From positions 87,358,001 to 87,422,000 of the forward strand of contig OX597821.1 of the NCBI GenBank assembly GCA_951406725.2: a stretch of DNA of 64,000 bases, in the 5' to 3' direction. How positions within the stretch are numbered: position 1 is the first letter of the stretch; every line of letters starts with the position of its first letter. Below are positions 42,297 through 55,440 of this stretch, one piece after another. The DNA comes from Octopus vulgaris. Lineage: Eukaryota. Both the position numbers and the translations under genes were made by a program. Below the pieces are notes generated by a model, which was not told the origin of the DNA, searched no databases, and worked only from the letters and a program-made list of their open reading frames with translations.

Positions 42297-43449
42297 CACG
42301 TCCGGTTTGCGTGTGTCGCGAACAGAACGAAAAGAAAAACCGTAAGAAAAAAAAAAAACTCAGAGGAAAATTTTTTTTATCCGTTAGAGTTATGTCACTT
42401 GGATGTACTGTGAAAGTGAGATTTTCCGATCCTGCCCTCATTAGCGTAGATATCACTTGGATACATAGCTGTACTTTGGTTCTTTCTGCGAGAAGGACGT
42501 CCAAGGTATCGTGTCGCTCAATATTTACCATTGCTTTATTGAACGTTTTTATCATGCTCTCACCATTACAGAGATTTCAAACTTATTGAATGAAATCGTT
42601 TATATCAAGATGATCATGCATACACTGTAGAATATCAAATAGTTTCTCGGCTTGCGGGATTGTGATATGAAAATAGTCAGCAAAAAACATTAAAATGAAG
42701 TCTTTCAAATTTACCAGTAGATTATCTTTTACTTCATGAATACTTTCATCTCACCTCTCATTATTATTCATAATATTTTAAAATACTCTTTCCAAGTTTT
42801 CACGTGACTGTTTTATGACTGAAACAGTTCTGGCTATTTAGCACCATATTGTGTTACACAGTAATAGAATGCTGATGTATAAATACTTTTCCATTTTGTA
42901 CTTCAAGATGTCAACTTACTAGAGCTGCGTAAATTTGTGACAATACGATAACTCCGTTAACTATCTTAGCACTTCAACTGAAAACTAAGTTAAGTTTATA
43001 TGCATAACAATGAAAGAAATCACTGCATTTAAACCATTTGTCCTGCAATATTATTTGTTCCTCTGCCGTTATAGCTTCACCATCGTACGTTTAGTCAATT
43101 TAGTTTTAACATCGCTAGATGTGTTCAAGACATTTTCCGATAATTCAAACTAATTTCGACTCACTTTTCCCGTTACTTGTGTAATAAAATTCTATAAATT
43201 TTAAGATTTAGTTTTCTTCTAGCAAAATGCCAGGCGATAACAGAGATCTGGACATGCGCTATACAAGGGGCAGTTTAGTATGCTTGCTCTAAAATAATTC
43301 CAGTTCGAATTATAGTAGTTACTACACTATCAAATACAGATACAACGATATCTTGTATTGCCCATGAGATCCCGAATGATTTCATGCAGTGAATATAATT
43401 TTTATGATTAAGTTAAATGTATTTATTTAGTTTGTGTATTCTAATTTTA

Positions 43450-43595
43450 ACTATGGTTTAATCCACTCTACAGTATCAACATAGCACCGCATCGCCGGAC
43501 GCTTTCTCTCTCTCATAATAAAAAGATCTTCCCCAATCAGCATAGATATAGTTAAGTATTAAGCAAGAACAATGTCAAGGTCAGTTATAGTATAA
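43450..43595 (+). pseudogene. Second, shorter PLE C-terminal fragment (WFNP motif)
   Basis: tatggtttaatccac...catcgccggacgctttctctctctcataa...aatcagcatag is homologous to 44503-44645. Confidence 0.65.
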
Positions 43596-44479
43596 AATTA
43601 GTTGGAGTTACAACAATTATATAAAGAATATTGCATAATATTAGTATTATATATGTATGCCATAGTAGTAACGATGCCATTCCTTAGCTCCAGGTCATCT
43701 GTGATCGAGATCTAGAGGTTCTAGAAATGGCCATCTTCTCGTTCTCTTCATAATGTACTGCATTCTAACATATCCTTCTGACTGAAGACGTTAATGCGTG
43801 ATTTAAGGGGGAATTGTCAGTTATTATATTTTTTTATCAGGATGAACAACTGCGTAAAGTTTCCATTTATTGGTGTTTGCGGTAGTTGTAACGACGGTGG
43901 TGTTGGTGGTGTTGAAGTCTTTACTATATACAACAAATCATACTTGGCAACACTGATCTGTTGCCATTGCTTATTGCATCTTCTGTTAGGGATTTTCAGA
44001 TGTTTTGATTGCTAATGTTGATATAGTTTATACGTTTGACAGCGCTGAGTTTATAAACCTGAGCTACCATCATTAAATTTTATTCATATAACGTTATTAC
44101 AAAGAATAAATTTTATCTAATGCAATATTTGAAGTTACAGAATTTAAGAATTAAAGTAATATTTCTTGAGAAATAGTAGATTTTAAAACCATTTGAAACT
44201 TTAAAGATTATTTTTAATATTCTGAGGGAAAATTAGAATGTCCGAGTCAAATTATTTGAAGAGTGAATGAAAGCTTGTTTGTTAATTTCACTGGTCTACG
44301 TTTTTTGAGCGAGAATCTCGCTTTTGAGCCCGAGCAATCTCAATAAGTCAAGAATGAATGCTGTATTCTTAGGCACTTCTCACTGGTTTGACAGTTCGAG
44401 TACTCTAGATAGTTCTAAATAGCTTGCTACTAGAGTTGCAATAAAATAAGACATTCTGAGACTGTTCCCTCAAGAAAAG

Positions 44480-45135
44480 TAATCCCAGAGTCAGGAAAAC
44501 GATATGGTTTAATCCACCCAACCGTATCAATGTAGCAATCGACATCGCCAGACGCTTCTTCTCTCTCATAAGAAAGAACGTCCCAAATCAGCATAGGTAT
44601 AATAAAATATTCATCAAGAACACAGACAAGGACACTTATAGCTGTCTTCGCGGTATAGAGTCGCAGATATTGAATTATAACTTGGGATATACTAACATTT
44701 TAAATTTAGCCCAGCTATACTGCAAATTCAGAAACAGGTTGCAATATCCACTGGAAAATAAATGGCCCTTGAGAGAGCACATCTGCAAAGTCAAAGTCAA
44801 CAACAGCGAAAATACCATAAAATTGTATATTGGCTTTTGAGAAAACAGTTCTAAGCTATGTTTCACGCGACATTTTTATACAATCCGAAACAGTAGCATG
44901 AGGAATTCTACATCGCTGTCAAAGTATATCTGGAACCCGAAGGATAATGTATAAGCAACCCTACCGTTAAATGGAATATAGTAGGAAAAGAAAGAGCCTA
45001 TAACAAACATGGCATAAGGTGTACTCTGCGCAAAACCAAAAAATTTGAACATCCTGGCTGCAACTAACATTCTGAATTCAGGAGGGGAGACAGCTCCTCG
45101 CCTGCATGCAATAAAGTTCAGCCTGCAAGCATTTA
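44480..45135 (+). pseudogene. Penelope-like element thumb/linker and GIY-YIG endonuclease remnant
   Basis: RKTIWFNPPNRINVAIDIARRFFSLIRKNVPNQHRYNKIF..YSCL; LYIG; RNSTSLSKYIW. Confidence 0.8.
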
Positions 45136-45849
45136 AGCATACTTCTCCAACGGACGAATTCTACGCGTAAACATCATCGACTTCACACTTGTTATTATAA
45201 TCAACATCACTGTTTCATCCCTATTGTCACTACCACTTCCACATTCATCATCACTGCCACCTTCAAAAGAATTAGCAATGCTATTACCATCTCGATTATC
45301 GCCAATAGAACCGCTACAAGTAGTAGCACACACTCTATAAACATGATCTGTTTTAGGACTCATTGCTTATACGCATACACACATGAACATGTGTATGTAT
45401 AATGATTATATAACAGCAGGGAAACAAGAGTGAACAATATATTTCATTCCTTACGTACGTTTCTAGGGTACGATTTTCACGAGTAACATTTTTTCAGAAG
45501 ATAGATTAAAAAACGCAATAATACGCCACAGAAATGTTTCTGTAATGAGAAACACTAAGAAATAATACAGACACAGTCTTTTTCAAAAGGTTTAAATATG
45601 GTTGTATTTTGATGAACATATCCTGTGTTATATACAGTATATTTTACTCGCATACGCTTTATTATATGAAACACAGGCCATTTAAAGCTAGACTAAATTT
45701 ACGCACATAAAAAAATTACACATATACGCTCTTACACACACAGACACACACAGAGACTCACACAACATATATATAGACATATCGATACTTATCAATGTAA
45801 TTACTGTATCTAACAGGGCGTCTAGTTCACACACACATATACACCTTAT

Positions 45850-45913
<64 letters not shown>

Positions 45914-47104
45914 GTATACAAATGTCTTGCACTATGCATAATTTGGTTATATTACTAAACTACGCATAATTATGTTGTATTATAATCAATACACTATACA
46001 CTTACGTCATGATATATATCCACAACAGTAATCATACATACATTATTCTGTGTACAATACATGCCATACAATACGCATACGTTAGTTCGCTTTATACTAC
46101 TATGTTATCTTGATACTTTACATCATACACACACACACCTTTATATATAATACATCACACACATTAAATGATATGCAGTAGACACGCACACATACACACA
46201 AAGTGAGTAAGAGAGATAGAGAGAGAGGGAATATGTGTGTGAGAGAAAGAACAAATGAGAGAGAGAGAGAGAGAGAGTGTGTGTGTGTTATCAAAGAAAG
46301 AAAGAAAGAACGAGAGATAGAGAGAGAGACCAATAAAGAGTATGAAAGGTGGATAAAAGCAAGAATGGAAAATAAGAAAAGGAAGAAAAGGAGCATATAC
46401 ATACATGCTCAAATTCAGACATGCATACATCCAAACATACACGCATATATATATATATATATATATATATACGTATTTATGTATGAGTACATATGTAAAA
46501 TATCGATTTCGTATATAGAGATAAGAAGCTAAGACTTCAGTTGTAAAAGAGAAAGGGTGAATAGGGCATTTTGTGACATTCAGTCTAAAACGATGATGAC
46601 TATCATGATTACGTAACAAAAATTTTTTTAAAAAGCCAAAGCATTTTTGAGTAGGAATGTAGTTGACTAAATTGATCAGAACTTATTTTATCGACTCCGG
46701 AAGGGTAATAGACAAAGTCAACAACAACAACAACAACAACATCGGCAACAACAATAGTAAGGGTTTTATTTACTTTTTTTCTTTTGATTGTACGCGATAA
46801 GTAAATGCATAAATATATTAATGATGGTAAGTAACGTGCGATGAGGTGCACTCTGCAATCCAGACGACTCTTGACTCCTGCATTTTCGAAGCTTCAGGTT
46901 ACAGACGAACATCAAGATAATAATAAATAAGAGGGTTATGCAAAAAAACAAAAAAAACAAAAGTAGAACGAGAAAAGGAAACAAGATAAAGAAGTCGAAA
47001 CGAGAAGTCAAGTCGGCGCAGGAAAAAAATATAAAGAAGGAAAACAAAAACAAAAAGAAGAATGAAAAGTAGATGCAGTGGTAAGCGGCAAAATAGTTGC
47101 ATGG

Positions 47105-47255
<151 letters not shown>

Positions 47256-47302
47256 TATATACATATATACATATATATATATAAAGTTAATCCAAACAAG
47301 AA

Positions 47303-47392
<90 letters not shown>

Positions 47393-47418
47393 TATGGATA
47401 TATATATATGTATGTATG

Positions 47419-47504
<86 letters not shown>

Positions 47505-47577
47505 TTAATCCAAACAAGAAAACATATATATATATATGTGTGTATGTATGTATGTATATATATATATATATACACAC

Positions 47578-47710
<133 letters not shown>

Positions 47711-48016
47711 ACATCAATCAGCATATAGTTATATCAAGTAACATATTCTCACACGCATTCATACACATAAACATATATATCCACCAACCCACAGGCATAC
47801 AGACACATAGAGGAACATGTCCACATGTCCGCAGCCAGCAAATATCATGTACACAAACTGTAGTGCAAAACGATTTTCTCATGCAGTCATGCTAATATCA
47901 TCCGGTATACACCGAATTGTATGTGCATTGCACCATTATATCGCGTCTCGTACATATATACATACATATAAATACACACAAACGCATGCACATTTATATA
48001 TGTGTATATACATGCA

Positions 48017-48159
<143 letters not shown>

Positions 48160-48292
48160 ATATCTATCTATCTATCTATCTTTCTGTCTGTCTGCCTGCC
48201 TGCCTGCCTGCCTGCCTACCTACCTACCTACCTACCTACCTACCTACCTACCTACCTATGTATCTATCTATCTATATATATATATATATATA

Positions 48293-48479
48293 ATGGGAAG
48301 GTTTACGAAAATAAACAAAAGACAAAGGCAGGTGGAGTACAAACAAACAATTGTTTTAGTATGGCGCTCAGGAATAGAAATAAAACAAGTCTTTTACGTT
48401 TCGAGCCTACGCTCTTCGACAGAAAGATACACAGAAAAGAAACAAGGAGAGAAAAAAATGCGTGCAGGAGCTAACGATT

Positions 48480-48484
<5 letters not shown>
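48293..48484 (-). mobile_element. Short Penelope-like terminal fragment in (TA)n
   Basis: TA runs on both sides; carries a hammerhead; shares the downstream ttcctgagcg motif with the 34881-35090 insert. Confidence 0.6.
48390..48427 (-). ncRNA. Minimal type I hammerhead motif (A6U core variant)
   Basis: Minus strand tcttt-CTGTCGA-a gagc gtag gctc-GAAA-cg-TA-aaaga; perfect stems I and II, palindromic ACGT stem III. Confidence 0.7.
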
Positions 48485-48540
<56 letters not shown>

Positions 48541-49194
48541 GGAAGGATTTATTAAAAAAACTACGGAACATATGTTTCTATAATGGACATATAATATGTT
48601 TATATAATAAACGTCCATCATTTCATCAGCAAATATAAAAATATAACTATCGCGTTTGTTATTACAGGTTGAATATATACCATACGGTTGACGAAAAAGA
48701 AAAAAAGGAAAAATAAATCCTAAACGAAAAAGATAGAACGAAAAATAGATTATGACGAAACGAAAATGAAAAAGGATGATAGCACATGCATATGTTTATA
48801 TATATGTACACATGTCTATATATTTATGCGTGTGTGCGTATATACATACATGCGTATAAACAGACTGATGTACAAATATAGAGATAAATTTATCAGTAAC
48901 CGCTGTTTATTTATGTGGTTGCTTTGAAATAATGTCGCCAATTCTCAATGAATATTTCCCCAAATTTACGAACAAATTCGAAAGCCTTCCTAGAACAATG
49001 TACAAGAAATCTACCCTGCTCTACACCGACGTCTTTCTAGGGTAAATTATGAAGAATTGAAAAAAGAAATTGTCGAAACACTGATGGTCATAAAGAAGTG
49101 GTAATAGAGTAAGGCGCTAGTGTGAAGAACGGAAGTGTTGTCAGCTTATGACAACAAACATTTTCTCCTTCAGTTTCTCTATAATGACTTTCCT

Positions 49195-49266
<72 letters not shown>

Positions 49267-49408
49267 TTCTTCTTTCTTTCTTTCTTTCTCAGTTTTCCTC
49301 TCTAGCTTACACACAGAACATACATACGCACGCGCGCACGTTCTCAGTCAATATCTGATAGAGAATAATGGATAACCAGTACATATTGGAACACTCTCTC
49401 TCTCTCAG

Positions 49409-49493
<85 letters not shown>

Positions 49494-49663
49494 GTATAAG
49501 CCATATCGTCGAAGTTAGGATGCGATTTCAAATACTATGCAAAGTTGAAAATATATTGTTTGATTTACATTTAAATAAATAAGTGTGTGTATGCGCGAGT
49601 ATGTATGCAACTGTGTAGATATACATACGAGCATACATAAAAAAGAAACACACACACGCCCAT

Positions 49664-49716
<53 letters not shown>

Positions 49717-49717
<1 letters not shown>

Positions 49718-50099
49718 CTCTCTCTATATAAACGGCAGTTTGTCTGTGCGTGTTTCTGTGTGTCTGTTTTCTCGTACCTTCACTCTGACCACGGCTTTCA
49801 ACCGATTCTGATGAAACTTGACACACACATAGCCCAATGTCATAATTCAAAACTAACGCAGCGAAAATTTTGAAAAGTTCCCCCAGTTCTGAAAAAAATC
49901 GATTAATTCGACATGGGGTCGAGAATTAGAAACCCAAACCACAGACCGTCTAGGGGACGCAACTCTACCTTTTTTAACTCTCAAAAAAATTTACCATCAT
50001 TTTTTTTCCATGTTTTTGCTATTTTTTGGCTATAACTCTCTAAAAATGCTTTATAGTTATTTCCCTTACAAACCTGAGCAACGCCGGGCGATACTGCTA

Positions 50100-50100
<1 letters not shown>
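49717..50100 (+). mobile_element. Non-autonomous Helitron
   Basis: A|TC 5' end; 3' hairpin cctgagc-aac-gccggg followed by CTAG|T. Confidence 0.88.
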
Positions 50101-50160
<60 letters not shown>

Positions 50161-50401
50161 GTATATGTATGTATGTGTATATATATATGCATTTCCTCGC
50201 AGAGTAGCCACGTCATCTGAACCTGAACTGTTACTGGGTCTTGCACGGTATGCTACACAATCATATCCGATTACTGTAATATGCGAGCATGAAACTTTAA
50301 GTATCCCGTGTAAAGCTCCTGCATTCAATAATTGATACATATTTCTCGCTGGATCGAGTACATTTTTGCTGATCTTACCAAATGAATGGTACACTACAAG
50401 C

Positions 50402-50437
<36 letters not shown>

Positions 50438-50477
50438 ACACCCATTTGTTTCTTTTATGTCATAATAAAAGCAATTT

Positions 50478-50908
50478 GGCTCTGTGATAAGTAGCTTGCT
50501 TACCAAGCACATGGTCCTGGGTTCAGTCGCACTGCGTGGTACCTTGGGCAAATGTCTTCTACTATAGCCTCGGGCCGACCAATGCCTTGTGAGTGGATTT
50601 AGTAGACGGATACTGAAAGAAGCCCGTCGTATATATGTATATATATATGTTTATATATATGTATGTATGTGCGTATAAATGTTTGTGTGCCTGTGTTTGT
50701 CCATGTGGTTGGTAAGCAAGCTACTTACCACAGAGCCAAATTTCGTTTATTATGACATAAAAGAAACAAATGGGTGTGTGTATATGTATGTGTGTGTGTG
50801 TGTGTGTATGTGTTTGTGTGTGTGTATGTGTGTGTGTGCTTGTAGTGTACCATTCACTTGGTAAGATCAGCAAAACATCGCTTGACAATCGATGCTGGTG
50901 TGTTTACT
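50478..50908 (+). mobile_element. SINE A interrupted by an inverted duplication
   Basis: A sequence at 50478-50700 resumes at 50876 (catcgcttgacaa). Confidence 0.8.
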
Positions 50909-51048
50909 CAAACCATTTGGTAGAGTACAAATTTATTATTCATTGCCAAGAATACTATTGCTAATAACAAAATAGCTTGGGCCAGTTAAGCCATCATCGG
51001 ACAGCTCAATGATTTCGATATACATGTGTGTGTATATATATATATATA

Positions 51049-51221
51049 CCTTCGAAACACGCTGGAGTTGAACTAGGGACAGCTGATGAAGGGGATTTTT
51101 CCTTGTGTAGTTTGTCTAGTACTCTGTTTTTTCTTTGTAAAATAAAGGTTCGTTCCATGCTTGTTTTTACGTTTTCGTTCTCGTTGAGTTCTGCGTCTAT
51201 TTGTGGTGTCCTGTACTCACG
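51049..51221 (+). mobile_element. Probable Penelope-like terminal fragment in (TA)n with partial hammerhead motifs
   Basis: TA-flanked; ccttcGAAAc at the start and gacag-CTGATGA-hairpin-..ttgtc lacking GAAA. Confidence 0.4.
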
Positions 51222-51252
51222 TATATATATTTATACATGCATGTATATATAC

Positions 51253-51446
51253 ATGTAGATGTAGGTACGTACATATATGTATGTATGTATGCATATATTT
51301 TATTTATTACACTATTGTATGACTGAGTGCCTTCGCGTCGATTCGATTCATGTAGATGTAGGTACGTACATATATGTATGTATGTATGCATATATTTTAT
51401 TTATTACACTATTGTATGACTGAGTGCCTTCGCGTCGATTCGATTC
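51253..51446. repeat. 97-bp direct tandem duplication
   Basis: Two identical units. Confidence 0.92.
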
Positions 51447-51486
51447 GTTCCGTTTCGTTTCGTTTCTTCTTCTTCTTCTCCCAGTA

Positions 51487-51560
<74 letters not shown>

Positions 51561-51769
51561 GCGTAAACCAATTGGTTCGTTTTATTCTCTTACTTTATTA
51601 TTATTATCATCTTATAATCATCTCATAATAATGACCTTTATGACTCGTATTACTACCTCAGTCAATCTAAATGTATATATTTGTCACTACCTGTCATAAA
51701 TAGCCTTTTTCTATCTGCAATATGCATTTTCGTTGATTTTTCATATTTAACCCCTATATATATATATAT

Positions 51770-52060
51770 TGGTTGGTTGGTTGGTTGGTTGGCATTCTTT
51801 TTGTCTCGGGAGACAATGGAGTTGCGCATAAAGTAGTCTAGTCCGGCTTTTACATTTCATGTCCTGATACATTTCCTGCTGTGGCTGTGTAGTCCTATCC
51901 TGGACAAACACTCCCTCTGGCAGGTACCGCAAATGTAGCGAAGACTGTTCCTGGCTGGTTGTAGTGTCATAGTTTCTTGTTGACGTCTTTTCTTGTCTCT
52001 CCATTTCTCCTCTCTCTCTCTGTCACTCCTTTGTATTCCCTCTCTCACGGTACGTCGCCA
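51770..52060 (-). mobile_element. RTE-clade LINE 3' end
   Basis: WRRTVREG..CGTCQRECLSRIGLHSHSRKC (RTE C-terminal zinc finger), short 3'UTR, (CCAA)n tail; inserted in (TA)n. Confidence 0.85.
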
Positions 52061-52769
52061 TATATATATATAAGGGTAAGAACCTGGAGATCCAAGTGGA
52101 GGAAGCTTGTAAGCTTCAAGTTGTCCGTCTCAAGACTTCTATAGAAAACAAGAAGTAGACTGTGTAGGATCAGCAACAGTAATAATTTATTGGTGTCGAT
52201 GGTATACTTCTTCCCATATCGAAGTTACGAGGAAAGTCGATAAGCTGAAGGTTTCTGTATAGCCCACGGTTAGCAACCCGAGTTCCTACGAATGCGAATA
52301 AAAATCCAAATTGAAGGAGTGGAACGAGTAGGACCCGGGCTACATATGTTTCTTGGTTAGCTAATCATCTGATGTAATAATCACTCAATGAGCAGTACTC
52401 AACTTGGTGAATCATCAGGCCGAGAACACTTTAATTACACGAAGGTGACATTGCCGCTTGGAATTTTCAAGTTAACTCACTGCAAATGTGATTTGAAATG
52501 AATAGCGAAGATGGAAGATTAGAATGAAAAACAAATGGTTGAAGAAATAAATGCTCAAGAAGAAAGAAAGGGAAAGATGAGGTTAAATATGTGGGAGTGG
52601 GAGTCGTATAACTTTGACAGGAATGAAGAAAAGGAGAGGGGAAGAAAGAGGGTGGAAAGAGGAGCAGATAGTTGCTGTCGTTGAGGGGAAGAAATGGTTG
52701 CCATAAATATTTAACTGCAATGAGAAGAGAATGGCTGAGATATTAAATTATTAGCAGATAATTGGGGCT

Positions 52770-53005
52770 GGTAGCGAGCTGGCAGAAACGTTAGCACGCC
52801 GGGCGAAATGCTTACCAGTATTTCGTCTGCCGTTACGTTCTGAGTTCAAATTCCGCCGAGGTCGACTTTGCCTTTCATCCTTTCGGGGGTCGATTAAATA
52901 AGTACCAGTTACGCAATGGGGTCGATGTAATCGACTTAATCCGTTTGTCTGTCCTTGTTTGTCCTCACTGTGTTTAGCCCCTTGTGGGTAATAAAGAAAT
53001 AGGTA
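52770..53005 (+). mobile_element. SINE B monomer (tail-1)
   Basis: Full copy ending aaagaaataggta. Confidence 0.92.
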
Positions 53006-53422
53006 CTGTTGACCATTGTTTTACGTCACAGAATGCACCTCGCCGCGTACTCACTCACATACACGCACACACGCTTCACTTCACATCCGTAGTATCAACA
53101 TAAGTATATACGTGTGTGTGTGTGTGTGTGTGTGTGTGCACCGCTCGTCTGGCGCGGGAATGGAAACTACAATCTTGTGATCGTGATTATAGCAGTAATA
53201 ATATAAAGTGTATGAACTTCAAAATTCATCCTCCTACGAGCTTCGTTACCACCATTTTGACTTATTCAATGAAAGCAAAAGGTTTAGGGAAAAAAGGTTT
53301 ATGGTTCCCTAAACCTTTTGCTTGCATACTGATGATTTTTGGAAGAACTACTTCTGGTTTACTAGAACCAGGCCAATCATTCCTAGAACAATTCAATATC
53401 ACCCATGGAACATGACTTCAAA

Positions 53423-53639
53423 ATCCTTTCTACTATAGGCACAAAACCTAAAATTTTGCGGGGAAAAGCACGTCAATTACACCAAAACTAGTGCTCAACT
53501 TGTTTTTATGTTATCGGTCACAAAAGGATGAAAGATAAAGTCGACTTCAGCGACATTTGAACTCATAACGTAAACAGCTGAAAGAATGCTGTTATGCATT
53601 GTCACCGGCGTGGTAACGATTCTGCCAGTTCGCCATCTT
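53423..53639 (-). mobile_element. Diverged SINE B (tail-2)
   Basis: Matches B; aacatgactt at about 53410 and 53641 is a likely TSD. Confidence 0.8.
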
Positions 53640-54098
53640 AACATGACTTGATAATGATTCTTAACATTGGCATATCAACAAGAACGGTAGAGAAGGTGTA
53701 AAGTTGATTGAATATTCAATAACACAGTACAACAATACATAACTGGTGATGATTTAATCAAGCCTAGTTGGATGAAAGACAAGATCGGCTCTAGATGGGT
53801 TTAAAAGCGAGGATATAATGCGATGCAAATCAATACTGCAATGCATTAAGTTCAGTATTCTACAGTTTCTCTCATTCTTCCACCTTATCAAAATTATCAT
53901 AATGGTTATAGTATTGTACTGAACCTTCCTTAAACTTGAGCGAGACAAACAGACAAACCAGCAGCGTTGGAATTCTGTTGTTCTGTGGGCGGGTGTTAAT
54001 GGTTCTCAAATGTACAGTTACCCGTCATCCTAAATGGAAATATATTTACTAAGAAAGAGAATGCACGTTCCTTTTGACTGCAGTGTGGAGGTGAAAAA

Positions 54099-54494
54099 TC
54101 TTTATATATAAAACTGTAGTTGTGTGAGTGTCTGTCTCCTACGATTTAGATTCCTAACTACTCCCACATTTTGCGGTGCAGTTTAACCAAAACCAGGTAT
54201 CTCATAGTCGTGATTCATATCGAGCCCTTCTGGGTATAAGTGCGCGTCAACGATGAGTCTACGATTTAAAAAAAAAATTACTATCAATTTTTCCCATTTT
54301 TAATGCATTTTTGGCATATATAAGGGAAGTAACTCTCTAAAAATGTATTAAATCTCAGAACATAAAAAGCTACAGTAACACCCCCCCCCTTTGTGGTTAG
54401 CTATATTGAGATGGCTATTATACTTTACATTTCTAAAAATGCTTATATAGTTATTTCCCTTACAAACCCGAGCAACGCCGGGCGATACTGCTAG
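54099..54494 (+). mobile_element. Non-autonomous Helitron
   Basis: A|TC start; cccgagcaacgccggg hairpin; CTAG|T end; sister copy at 61172-61575. Confidence 0.9.
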
Positions 54495-54867
54495 TATTTA
54501 CTATGAAAGAGAATGCACATTCCTTTTGACTGCAGTGTGAAGGTGAAAAATTACAAATAAATCACTCCATTGGTATAGTTGTTCTAGTTTTGAGATTTAA
54601 TGTAATACTCCATGAGGGAAGCTCATGTAGCAACAGACAAAAGTTAAGTAAACAGACGCAGGACTTCAATTATCGATGCTTGTTTTGGATAAGGGAAGCG
54701 CTGCTGATTAGGACTATTAGATTAACTCTGTTGGCTCTCGCTATCTAATCTACACCTTCAAGAGCTGATTCCATCTAAGCGTCACGCCCCCACTAAGACA
54801 TATATCCAAAGAAAATAGTATGTACAGTCTCTAATTATATTTGAGATAGTAAAGAATCATAGACATA

Positions 54868-55281
54868 GGCGCAGGAGTGGCTGTGTGGTAAGTAGCTTGT
54901 TTACCAACCACATGGTTCCGGGTTCAGTCCCACTGCATGGCACCTTGGGCAAGTGTCTTCTACTATATCCTCGGGCCTACCAAAACCTTGTGAGTGGATT
55001 TGGTAGACGGAAACTGAAAAGAAGCCCGTCGTATATATGTATATATATATATATGCGTGTGTGTGTTTGTGTGTCTGTTTGTCCCCCTAGCATTGCTTGA
55101 CAACCGATGCTGGTGTGTTTATGTCCCCGTTACTTAGCGGTTCGGCAAAAGAGACCGATCGAATAATTACTGGGCTTACAAAAGAATAAGTCCCGGGGTC
55201 GAGTTGCTCGATTAAAGGCGGTGCTCCAGCATGGTTACAGTCAAATGACTGAAACAAGTAAAAGAGTAAAAGAGTAAAGAG
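54868..55281 (+). mobile_element. SINE A
   Basis: Full-length copy. Confidence 0.93.
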
Positions 55282-55282
55282 T

Positions 55283-55440
55283 TTTCTCTTTCTCTTTTCT
55301 CTTTCACTTGTTTCAGTCATTTGACTGCGGCCATGCTGGAGCACCGCCTTTAGTCGGAGTAAATCGATCCCAGGACTTATTCTTTGGGAGCCTAGTACTT
55401 ATTCTATCGGTCTCTTTTGCCGAACCGCTAAGTTACGGGA
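55283..55440 (-). mobile_element. SINE A 3' part, tail-to-tail with the previous copy
   Basis: Reverse complement of the A tail. Confidence 0.9.

Noticed and set aside
41861-42555. Repetitive ORFs, or a CRISPR-like array (37-bp repeats)
   Set aside because: The repeats are contiguous with no spacers, there are no cas genes, the context is eukaryotic, and the ORFs just cycle through the frames of the unit
49808-49820. CTGATGAAAC as a hammerhead core
   Set aside because: No stem II and no separate GAAA/stem III; it is an internal Helitron motif (a similar one lies at about 33451)
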